From the NCBI GenBank assembly GCA_036378295.1, contig DASUWS010000203.1:27217-91216 (forward strand): a stretch of DNA of 64,000 nt. The letters run 5' to 3'. The stretch is from Ktedonobacterales bacterium. GTDB lineage: Bacteria > Chloroflexota > Ktedonobacteria > Ktedonobacterales > JADMIN01. The notes under the pieces were generated by a model that saw nothing but the letters and a program-made list of their open reading frames with translations, did no database searches and was not told where the DNA came from. This document shows, piece after piece, positions 45,213 to 53,521 of the stretch; positions within the stretch are counted from its first letter, which is position 1; each line of letters begins with the position of its first letter. The position numbers were made by a program, and so were the translations under genes.

Positions 45213-45956
45213 CTATCCAGGAAGGTCTGGCGCTATACGGTACCCGACACCGCGCACCGTGGCAATATAGCGTGGATGCGCCGCGTCGTCTTCGAGTTTC
45301 TTGCGCAGATTGGCGATATGCACGTCAACGACATGATCATCGTAATACTCGTCACCCCAGACCTGCTCTAGCAGTTGCGTCCGGGTAAAGACGCGCCCCG
45401 GATGGCGCGCCAGCGTAGCGAGCAGCGCAAACTCTCTGGCGGTCAGTTCAACCGGCGTACCGCTCCGCGTGACGACATACGCGTCCTCATCAATCACCAG
45501 AGAACCGATCCGTAGCGGCGGTGTGGAGACTCCGGCTTGGGTCCCGCGCGCACCTGAGCCCTCTAGGCCGTTCGGACCATTCGCCAGTGACACGCTCCGA
45601 GGTCGCCGCAGCAGCGCTTTGACCCGGGCAACGACCTCTCGCGGACTAAACGGCTTGGTGACGTAGTCATCCGCCCCCACTGATAACCCCACGATCTTGT
45701 CAATCTCCTCGGTGCGCGCAGTCAGCAACAGGATATAGGCGTCTGAGAAACGGCGAACCTGCCGGCAGACCTCGATCCCATCCATCCCTGGCAACATGAC
45801 ATCGAGCACAATTACCTCAGGGACGAATGCGCGAGCCCTCTCCAGTGCGTCTGGGCCATCCGCGGCGGTAGCGACGTCGTATCCTTCACGGCTGAAGTAG
45901 CCGCGCAACAACTCTACCAGATTCGGTTCATCATCCACGATGAGGATGCGCGTCAT
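45213..45956 (-). CDS. OmpR/PhoB-family response regulator
   Basis: MTRILIVDDEPN..VLDVMLPGMDG..LLLTAR receiver domain. Long Gly/Ser linker. Winged helix LTAREFALLATLARHPGRVFTRTQLL..RGVGYRI. Confidence 0.9.
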   Translation of the reverse strand: MTRILIVDDEPNLVELLRGYFSREGYDVATAADGPDALERARAFVPEVIVLDVMLPGMDGIEVCRQVRRFSDAYILLLTARTEEIDKIVGLSVGADDYVTKPFSPREVVARVKALLRRPRSVSLANGPNGLEGSGARGTQAGVSTPPLRIGSLVIDEDAYVVTRSGTPVELTAREFALLATLARHPGRVFTRTQLLEQVWGDEYYDDHVVDVHIANLRKKLEDDAAHPRYIATVRGVGYRIAPDLPG

Positions 45957-46341
45957 CGGCATGCCGCTCTCTATGCCGCATGGGGCGTCAGACATTCGGG
46001 AGCTACGTCGTTCCTCCCTGTCCTATCCTACGTTCTACATATTGTACGCCAGAGCGCGAGCAATAGTTCGTCAGGCGGCGCGGCACAATCGCGGCTCGCT
46101 TCTTATCCGTGGCAGGGTAGGAATATTGCGGTGTGGGGCTTGCGCACAGTGTTAGAATACGAGGAGAGATGCCTGGGGGCGCTCCACTTCTGCCGTGGCG
46201 TGGCCTCCGCGCGGCCCGCGACAGAACGAGTGCCAGGCCAGGTTGTGATATCCAGGCTACCGACACTGGCGATACAAGCGTTTCATCGAGTCTGGAGCAG
46301 ACAGCAGATCGGCAGTGTGTGAGAACCAAGGAGGTACGCCG

Positions 46342-47112
46342 GTGGGACAAGACGATAGACGAGGCGGTTCGCAGGCTCGAGCAGCCACACGCATTTCTGG
46401 CATGCCCGTGACGCCTTCCTCCACCGGCGATCAGGGCCATATTGCCACGTTTGCGCAGGTTTCGCTTTTCTCCACCCTCGACCCTGAAGCACTGCGCGAG
46501 TTGGCAAGGGCTGCCCGCCGCCGCGCATTCAGACCGGGCGAGGTGATCTTTCACCGGGACGATCCCGGCCAGGTGCTCTACGTCATTCGTGAGGGCAAGG
46601 TCAAGATCTGCATCAACAGCCCGGACGGACATGAGGTGGTGCTGGCGGTCTTTGGTCCCGGCGACTATTTCGGGGAGCTGGCGCTGCTCGATGGTCAGCC
46701 GCGCTCGGCCAGTGCCGTCGCTATTGACATGGTTGAAGTGTATGCCCTGCAACGAAGCGACTTCATCAATATCGTCATCCATCACCCACGCATTGCCATT
46801 CAGGTGATGAATATGCTCTCGCGGCGGCTACGCCAGACCGACTCTATGATCGAAGATTTGCTCTTCCTGGATGTGCATGGGCGGGTGGCAAAGAAGCTGC
46901 TCGATCTGGCTGAACTGCACGGCGTGCGCACGCCCGACGGTATTCGTATCGACATGCGGCTGACCCAAAGCGATCTAGCGGCGCTGGTGGGTGCGTCGCG
47001 CGAGAGCGTCAACAAGGTGCTTGGCTATTTTGTAGATAAGCGCTTCATCAGCACCGAGAAGCGCAAGATTACTATCCTGCGGCTGGCGGATCTGCGCCGG
47101 AGAGTCTGTTAG
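46342..47112 (+). CDS. Crp/Fnr family transcriptional regulator
   Basis: GTG start 7 nt after AAGGAGG. cNMP-binding domain (FRPGEVIFHRDDPGQVLYVIREGKVKI..GELALLDGQPRSASAVA). HTH motif LTQSDLAALVGASRESVNKVL. Confidence 0.85.
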   Translation: MGQDDRRGGSQARAATRISGMPVTPSSTGDQGHIATFAQVSLFSTLDPEALRELARAARRRAFRPGEVIFHRDDPGQVLYVIREGKVKICINSPDGHEVVLAVFGPGDYFGELALLDGQPRSASAVAIDMVEVYALQRSDFINIVIHHPRIAIQVMNMLSRRLRQTDSMIEDLLFLDVHGRVAKKLLDLAELHGVRTPDGIRIDMRLTQSDLAALVGASRESVNKVLGYFVDKRFISTEKRKITILRLADLRRRVC

Positions 47113-47455
47113 AGCAACCCCTGGCGTATCTCTATGTATCTCTGCGTATCGTCAGAGACGTTGGCGGAACGCGACGAGAAAATGCTCTGCCTGGTCGGGG
47201 GGTGAATGGACTCCCTTACTTGCCGTTTCTGTCGGCCTATGCCAGAATGGGCCGGGAGGCTGGTGTCGTTGAGGACATCTGCTGCTCTTGGGTATATGTA
47301 CGCCGTCGAGGCCATGTAGACGGTCGAGCAGGCCGATATGGGTTCCCTCGCCAGCTATAGGAACCAGAGATTCTCCGGGAGTGCGTAGCGCTGGGGGAGG
47401 GTCTCATACAGCGTTCATCGAGCCTGGATGGGCCAGAACTGGATTCTCGCCCGTG

Positions 47456-47488
47456 CATACGCATACCATACTCATGGCATACTCATGC
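47456..47488. repeat. tandem repeat CATACG CATAC CATACTCATGG CATACTCATGC in a long non-coding spacer
   Basis: Read directly from the DNA. It includes a 2 x 11-bp unit. Confidence 0.8.
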
Positions 47489-47630
47489 GCCAACCGCAGC
47501 AGAACATCAGCCCGCGCATGAATACCACCTAAACAACAATGTCTGGCTCAGGCTGCGACATCGATGAGGCCCAATACAGGCATACAGGCGAGGCCAGTAT
47601 GGACCTCCCGGCTGATGCTACTGGAGAATC

Positions 47631-48425
47631 ATGACAGTGAGAGCAATTATCGCGATTCCTACCTATAATGAGCGGGAAAACATCGTTACGCTGGTACGGG
47701 ACATTCAGAACGCCGTGCCATCGGTTGACATCCTGATTATCGACGACAATTCCCCCGATGGCACTGGCCAGATTGCCGACGACATGTCGGCTCGCGATAG
47801 CTCCATCCATGTGCTCCACCGCCCCGGCAAGCTGGGTCTGGGAACCGCGTATATCGCTGGCTTTCGCTATGCCATTGAGCAGGGGTACGACCTCGTCTTC
47901 GAGATGGACGCCGATTTCTCGCACAACCCTTCCTACTTGCCACAATTCCTTGCGTTGGCGGAGAATGCCGATCTGGTCATCGGATCGCGCTATATCAAGG
48001 GTGGAGGCACACCCAACTGGGCGCCACTCCGCAAATTCATTAGTGGCGGCGGCAACATTTTCGCCCGCGCGGTCCTTGGCATCCCCGTACACGACTGTAC
48101 AGGCGGCTATCGCTGCTACCGCACCGCGGCGCTACGCAGGCTCAATCTGGCCGCGATTCGCGCACAGGGCTACGCCTTCCAGGTTGAGATGGCCTACAAC
48201 TTCTGGAAGAGCGGTTTCCGCATTCGCGAGACACCAATTGTCTTCGAGGACCGGCGAGTGGGCCAGTCGAAGATGTCGCGCAAAATCTTCATCGAGGCTT
48301 TCCTCTGGGTGCTGCGAACCCGCGTGACGGGCGATGCCGACGTACGGCGCCAACCCGATCTCACGGGCGCAGCGTCCGGAGCGGATGTCTCGCAGGTCAC
48401 GAGCGCTGGAGATCGCCAGCCATAG
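47631..48425 (+). CDS. polyprenol-phosphate mannosyltransferase (GT2, Ppm1/DPM1-like)
   Basis: AIIAIPTYNERENI, ILIIDDNSPDGT, FEMDADFSHNP, GSRYIKGGG. Confidence 0.85.
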   Translation: MTVRAIIAIPTYNERENIVTLVRDIQNAVPSVDILIIDDNSPDGTGQIADDMSARDSSIHVLHRPGKLGLGTAYIAGFRYAIEQGYDLVFEMDADFSHNPSYLPQFLALAENADLVIGSRYIKGGGTPNWAPLRKFISGGGNIFARAVLGIPVHDCTGGYRCYRTAALRRLNLAAIRAQGYAFQVEMAYNFWKSGFRIRETPIVFEDRRVGQSKMSRKIFIEAFLWVLRTRVTGDADVRRQPDLTGAASGADVSQVTSAGDRQP

Positions 48426-48475
48426 CTGCGTCTCCTCCAGACACGAGACACGAGCAGACACGAATCAAAAGAATA

Positions 48476-48516
48476 GCCCCCAGCAGATGAGACCGATCAC
48501 CTGTTGGGGGCGTTTT
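48476..48516 (+). terminator. hairpin terminator between convergent genes
   Basis: Stem GCCCCCA / TGGGGGC with extension, followed by GTTTTCG. Confidence 0.5.
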
Positions 48517-48552
48517 CGCGGGCGGAGGGAGCTTCCCAGAGAACCGGAGGAG

Positions 48553-49668
48553 CTACTCGGGCAAGGAAACGCCCTGAGTCCACTCGCCCGGCTCCGCGAA
48601 AGTCATGCGGGTATAGGGCAGCGTATTGCGGGCAAGCGCCTCCGCCAGCATCCGCGCCGCCGTTTCCATTTCGATGGATGACGGCACACGCATGCCTGGT
48701 GCAATGGCCAAACGCGCGGCGAGCACCATCCTGCCGCTACGCATCCAGCCGCGCGTCTCACGCAACTGGGGCAATAGCCGTGCCGCGCGGTTGAAGCTCC
48801 GGGCGACATCCCGTGTGAAGTCGCGCGCCTGATCCGCGGCAGTAGGATCAGTGAACACGGGCGGCAATTCCACTTCGATGCATGGAATCACCGTGACCTC
48901 TGGTTCCTGGGATACACGCCGCGAGTTTGTCCACTCACGGGGATCGCCCGTTGACCCAGGCGCCACTGGCTCACCAGTGGATCGAGGCGCATAACCAGGT
49001 GGGACGCGCGGCGCCCCGCCCATGCCGCTGCCCTGAGACACCTGCTGATGCGCGGGTGGCTGGAAAGGTGATGGCGAGTGCGGCAAGGGCGGCTGGAACG
49101 GCGGTTGCTGCTGCGAATAGGGAAGTGGCGGAAGTGTTCCAGCCTGGAAAGGCGGTTGGCCGCCGCTCCGCCCGGGATGAAAACCAGGTGGATTGAGCGG
49201 ATGAGGTGGACTGGGCGGATAGACCTGGCCCATGGGCTGCTGTGGGCTAGGAGAAGCCGGAGACCAGTGACCCCCTGGATGAACGCTGTTCCCCGACGCA
49301 CGACTGGAGAGCGAGCGGCGAAGCTGCGCCAGCAAGTCCGCGGCCCTTTCCTGATCGAGCGCAAGCCGCTCCCAGGGCGCGCTTGGACCAAACATGCCAG
49401 CTGCCGCAACTGGGAGATCAAGCGCGAGCTGTACCCAGACCTCTCGCTCAGCCGCATCAATATCGCCATCTGACTCTGGCGAGTGGCTGGCATCGAGAAC
49501 ATGGCCAGACGGGTCATGCCAGCGGACATGCGTCAATGTCAGCGGATTGTCAGAGCGTCGCGCACCCAGGAGCTCGCCACCATATCGGGTGTAATAATCA
49601 AGCACCTGGGCAATTCCTGTTTCAGGCTGACTTGAGCTTCCGTGCCCCCCCCAGCCATGTGCATCCAT
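48553..49668 (-). CDS. hypothetical protein with central Pro/Gln-rich low-complexity region
   Basis: The ATG at 49668 sits behind GGGAGGGG. Folded-looking N- and C-terminal parts flank PQQPMGQVYPPSPPHPLNPPGFHPG..PLPYSQQQPPFQPPLPHSPSPFQPP. No family recognised. Confidence 0.5.
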   Translation of the reverse strand: MDAHGWGGHGSSSQPETGIAQVLDYYTRYGGELLGARRSDNPLTLTHVRWHDPSGHVLDASHSPESDGDIDAAEREVWVQLALDLPVAAAGMFGPSAPWERLALDQERAADLLAQLRRSLSSRASGNSVHPGGHWSPASPSPQQPMGQVYPPSPPHPLNPPGFHPGRSGGQPPFQAGTLPPLPYSQQQPPFQPPLPHSPSPFQPPAHQQVSQGSGMGGAPRVPPGYAPRSTGEPVAPGSTGDPREWTNSRRVSQEPEVTVIPCIEVELPPVFTDPTAADQARDFTRDVARSFNRAARLLPQLRETRGWMRSGRMVLAARLAIAPGMRVPSSIEMETAARMLAEALARNTLPYTRMTFAEPGEWTQGVSLPE

Positions 49669-50029
49669 AGTACCCCTCCCGGCCTCTTCCGCATGTGCTC
49701 CCCCATCGCGATGAGAGCGCGATGAAAAAACACCCCCCTCCCCCAGCGACATGTAAGCGTTTGCCGCAGCGGAGCGGAAGGAGCCGTTGTTCAGCCCCAA
49801 ATGGGGATCATTAGACGATCAATGAATGATGACGAAATGACTACAATGGATATGCGCTATCCTGTCGCGGGATGCGAATAATGAATGAACGAGAAAGCCG
49901 CACGATTGGCTGCATCCCGACATCCGCGCGCCAGTCTATACGCACCGGATCAGGATGAGTATATCATGCGGGGAAAGGTGGCACAATTCGCCCGTACTTC
50001 CGGGAAGATACCATGTCAATGTGCGGGCG

Positions 50030-52501
50030 CTATGCCTGCGGCTGGCCTGTCTGCGCCTGGATCTCGGCGGGAGCCGCGATCACGCGCATGCCGGGCTGCG
50101 CATTCTGCGGCAGATCATCCAGCAGCCGCACCACCAGCGCACTGATGTTGTCCTCGCCGCCATTCGTGTTCGCCTCGCGCACCAGCAACTGAGCCGCTTG
50201 CTGGGGATCAGCGGTTGCGCGCAGGATATGCTCGATCTGTGGGTCGCGCACCATCTCCCATAGTCCATCCGAGCAGAGCAGCAGCTTATCACCTGCCTGC
50301 AGCGTGACCGGGAAGACGTCCACCTCGACCTGCTCTTCTTCGCCTCCAAGGCTGCGGTAGATCTGGTTGCGTCGTGGGTGGGTATAGATCTCATCGGCGC
50401 GAATCACCCCCGCGCTGACAAGGCTGGCCACCACCGAGTGATCAGTGGTGACCTGGCGCAGGCCCGCCTCCGGACTCATCAAGTAGGTGCGGCTGTCGCC
50501 GACATTGACGATGACGGCCTGATCGTCCACGATGAGCGCTGCCGTCATGGTAGTGCCCATATCCGCGCGCTCAGTGATATTGCGCCGGCGCAACTCCTCA
50601 TTGGCCCGCTGCACCCCATCATGCAGGATCCCGGCAAGCCCGGAGCCATCCAGCGGTTGGCTGGTGTTGAGCACCTGTACGACCGTCTTCGTCACGATCT
50701 CGATAGCCAGACGGCTCGCCTCCTGGCCGTTGAGGTGGCCGCCCATGCCGTCGGCGACGATATAGAGACCGTACGGTTGCGGACGCGTATCCGCCAGGCG
50801 CACACCATGCAGCGCAAGCAGATTATCCTGGTTGGGGTCGTTGGCGCGCTTGATGCCGGGATGCGTCAGGCCCGCCGCATAGGACATCAGGCTCGTATTC
50901 TTGCGCGGCTGCGTTGGCGGGCGCGGCATAGGCATATCCGCAAACTCTGGCGGAATCGGCGCCGTGAGTCGCGGCGCTGGAGCGCTTGACGGACGGGCGG
51001 AAGAGATTGCGGGCGTCGGCAGAGCGCCGGTCGGCATATCTTCAATGTCTGGCATGGGCCGTGGCCGCGAGTATGGCTGCGATCTGTGCTCTGGCGGGCG
51101 AACCGCTGGCATCACTTGAGGCGTCTCGACCGTCGGAATTTCGTACATCGAGTCGCGAGGCAGCAGGTCGAGCCCGATCTCATCGGGTGGGATTTGCGCA
51201 AACGCGGGCTTCAGCGCCCGCCGCCGCCGCATCAGCACCAGCAATAGCACACCCGCCAGCACCGCCAGCGCGACGACTATGCCGCCGCCAATGATAATCA
51301 GCGTGCGCCTGCCGATACCTGATGATGGCGTGAGGCCCGGCAAGAGGCCGCTGGTGGGGGGCGTAGAAACCTGCGTAAGCGAAGGAATGGTGGTCTTTTG
51401 CTGCTGCGCCGCATCTAGAAACGGCTTGACGCCCGCAAAATCCGGCGCGGAGGTCTGGAGCGCGCGGAAAGCGTCGGTTGCGGTCGTGAAGTCCGTTGGC
51501 GAAGCGTAGAAAGCCGAGATGCCTTTCTGCCACGACGTCATCAGCCCGCCTGGCTGGCTCGATATCGACCCGACGGCCTTTTTCACCTCAGCCAGCGACG
51601 CCAGCACATGGTTGCCGTTGCTATCCTTCACGACCATGCCAACGAGCCGCCCATGGCTATCCACGGCTGCCGCTCCGACGTCGATACTGTTGCCAAGAGC
51701 GGTCGGCGTGATAGCTGGCGCGCCGGTTGCGGCAGTTGTCGCCGTGCCCGTGCCTTGCGCGTTGGGGATGGCCGTCTGCGGAATCTGATCAGCGGAAACG
51801 CTGATGGGATAGAGTGTGTCGTTGATCTCGTTTTGCCGCACGGCATCGCGGTTGAGTGGCTGGCCGCTATAGCTGGTGAGGTCAATCACCTGGGGCGTGC
51901 CGCTCGCCGGAGCATCCGAGGGCTGTGGCACCGAGATCACGGGCAGATCGTGGCTGGGCGAACCAGTGGCGTTTGTGAGTGGCAGCGCCAGCAACCGTGG
52001 TGCGCCGGGGCCGCCGTTCGTCGTGACCAGACCGGGGCCGATGCTGTAGGTGATGCTGCCACGCTGGGACTCGTGCGTGCCAGTGTAGGAGACGTTGAGC
52101 ACAACCACAATGCGGGTGATACCCCAGCCTGCCGCCGTGCCGTTCAACTGGAGGAACGCCGCCTGCGCACCCTGGCACGGCACCAGCGGATTGACGGCGG
52201 CGGTTGCTGTCAATACGTAGTTGGCGGTGTTCAGATTGCCACTCTGGTCGGTCGTTCCAATCAACACCCCATCCGAGGCGCAGGGCGCGAGGACGGGAAT
52301 CGGCGCGGGGTTGTCCTTCGTGGTGCCGTAGTAGTAGGTCAGCACGCGCACGACGGCTACCCGGGCCAACGCGACAGATTGCGGCGGGCGATCTGGCTCC
52401 GCGGCGCGCGCTGGTTGCGCCATCACCATCGGAATACCTAGCGCCAGCGCGAATACGATTCCTGCCAGCGCCACGCGCCTGAACCCAGTCCCTCCCGCCA
52501 T
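50030..52501 (-). CDS. transmembrane PP2C-family Ser/Thr phosphatase with large extracytoplasmic domain
   Basis: The ATG sits behind GAGGAGGA. Domain order: signal peptide, roughly 370-aa ectodomain, TM segment (TLIIIGGGIVVALAVLAGVLLLVLM), Pro-rich linker, PPM domain. The PPM domain has YIVADGMGGH, VGDSR, LLLCSDGLWE, GGEDNISALVV. Confidence 0.85.
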   Translation of the reverse strand: MAGGTGFRRVALAGIVFALALGIPMVMAQPARAAEPDRPPQSVALARVAVVRVLTYYYGTTKDNPAPIPVLAPCASDGVLIGTTDQSGNLNTANYVLTATAAVNPLVPCQGAQAAFLQLNGTAAGWGITRIVVVLNVSYTGTHESQRGSITYSIGPGLVTTNGGPGAPRLLALPLTNATGSPSHDLPVISVPQPSDAPASGTPQVIDLTSYSGQPLNRDAVRQNEINDTLYPISVSADQIPQTAIPNAQGTGTATTAATGAPAITPTALGNSIDVGAAAVDSHGRLVGMVVKDSNGNHVLASLAEVKKAVGSISSQPGGLMTSWQKGISAFYASPTDFTTATDAFRALQTSAPDFAGVKPFLDAAQQQKTTIPSLTQVSTPPTSGLLPGLTPSSGIGRRTLIIIGGGIVVALAVLAGVLLLVLMRRRRALKPAFAQIPPDEIGLDLLPRDSMYEIPTVETPQVMPAVRPPEHRSQPYSRPRPMPDIEDMPTGALPTPAISSARPSSAPAPRLTAPIPPEFADMPMPRPPTQPRKNTSLMSYAAGLTHPGIKRANDPNQDNLLALHGVRLADTRPQPYGLYIVADGMGGHLNGQEASRLAIEIVTKTVVQVLNTSQPLDGSGLAGILHDGVQRANEELRRRNITERADMGTTMTAALIVDDQAVIVNVGDSRTYLMSPEAGLRQVTTDHSVVASLVSAGVIRADEIYTHPRRNQIYRSLGGEEEQVEVDVFPVTLQAGDKLLLCSDGLWEMVRDPQIEHILRATADPQQAAQLLVREANTNGGEDNISALVVRLLDDLPQNAQPGMRVIAAPAEIQAQTGQPQA

Positions 52502-52730
52502 GCCAATTCCTCCTCTATCACCCCACGCGGGCGGCGCACCCCTTCCGCCGCGATTGCTTGTGGCCTCTATGATGCATCCTTACGCCTGCTATCCGCAACT
52601 TCCCAGGACGGCCAGACGCATGAGCTATCACTCTCTTAACGTATGAGGTGGCATGAGGGAATGCGAACCATGCCACAGAACTATGGACGGAACAGAGAGG
52701 GAGGAACGGGCGCGTGGAATTACCAGCCGG

Positions 52731-52774
52731 GTAATTTGCAGGTGATTTGCAGGTGATTTGCAGGTGGCTTGCGG
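52731..52774. repeat. 4 x 11-bp tandem repeat (GTAATTTGCAG GTGATTTGCAG GTGATTTGCAG GTGGCTTGCGG) upstream of the PP2C gene
   Basis: Read directly from the DNA, about 230-270 bp upstream of the PP2C start. Confidence 0.9.
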
Positions 52775-53004
52775 GAGATATTGGTTGTACTACGCATGAG
52801 AGGTATGGGCGAGAGGCGGGTGAGTGACGGATGAGTGGCGGCTGAAGCCGAGCCTGCGCGCCATGCCTCTTGCTTGGCACCAGGGCTACGGTTTCTAACC
52901 GCCAACACATCTAACGGCGCGGCGTATCCTTAGCCATTTCAGACGCGAGCCATCATAACTATGCTCCACAGCGACATCACTGGCTGGCCACGTTTTGGCC
53001 ACCT

Positions 53005-53508
53005 TCATGGTTGCGCGAACCGCCAGCGGGCGCCATCTTTGAGCGATTCGGTGCTCCAACCGCGACCGACGCGCGGGCGCATACGAAACATGCCGCTTCC
53101 AGCTGGATCGGGCAACAGCCGCCCGTATTTCTCCGTCCAGGCAGCGATGATACGCTGGGCCAACGAGTCATCGGTCGTGATGTCCTCGGCTATCCCGTCG
53201 AGGATCACCACATCATCGCCACTCTCCAGATGGACGCTGACGGCGGGATTAGCGGCGATGTTGCGCGCCCAGCGCGTGTGCGGGTGACCGTCGAAGTACA
53301 GCGCGTCCTCCACCCAGACGCCCCAGAGCGGTGTCACATGCGGTCGCCTGTCGGGGCAGGTTGTGGCCAGCCAGTAACGACGCGACTGCACCAGCTGCTG
53401 CTCAGCATGTGACCAGGCCAATAGCCCCGCGTCGTCGTTGGGAAATGCGTAGCCTGCCGGGGCGTTGAGCGGACTTGTGGTGACATGCCGCTGATCTGAA
53501 TCGGTCAT
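53005..53508 (-). CDS. pyridoxamine 5'-phosphate oxidase family (PPOX/flavin or F420-binding split-barrel) protein
   Basis: RRYWLATTCPDRRPHVTPLWGVWVEDALYFDG..NIAANPAVSVHLESGDDVVILDGIAEDI. The start was moved to the ATG at 53508. The upstream part of the ORF overlaps the preceding gene. Confidence 0.75.
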   Translation of the reverse strand: MTDSDQRHVTTSPLNAPAGYAFPNDDAGLLAWSHAEQQLVQSRRYWLATTCPDRRPHVTPLWGVWVEDALYFDGHPHTRWARNIAANPAVSVHLESGDDVVILDGIAEDITTDDSLAQRIIAAWTEKYGRLLPDPAGSGMFRMRPRVGRGWSTESLKDGARWRFAQP

Positions 53509-53521
53509 GGGCGCACTCCAT

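Noticed and set aside
46003-46785. 260-aa minus-strand ORF covering the RR/Crp spacer and the 5' half of the Crp/Fnr gene
   Set aside because: It has no RBS and no family resemblance, and it overlaps a well-supported cNMP-binding regulator on the other strand.
52731-52774. CRISPR array
   Set aside because: This tandem repeat and the others in the window are contiguous units of 9-12 bp without spacers. No cas genes are present.
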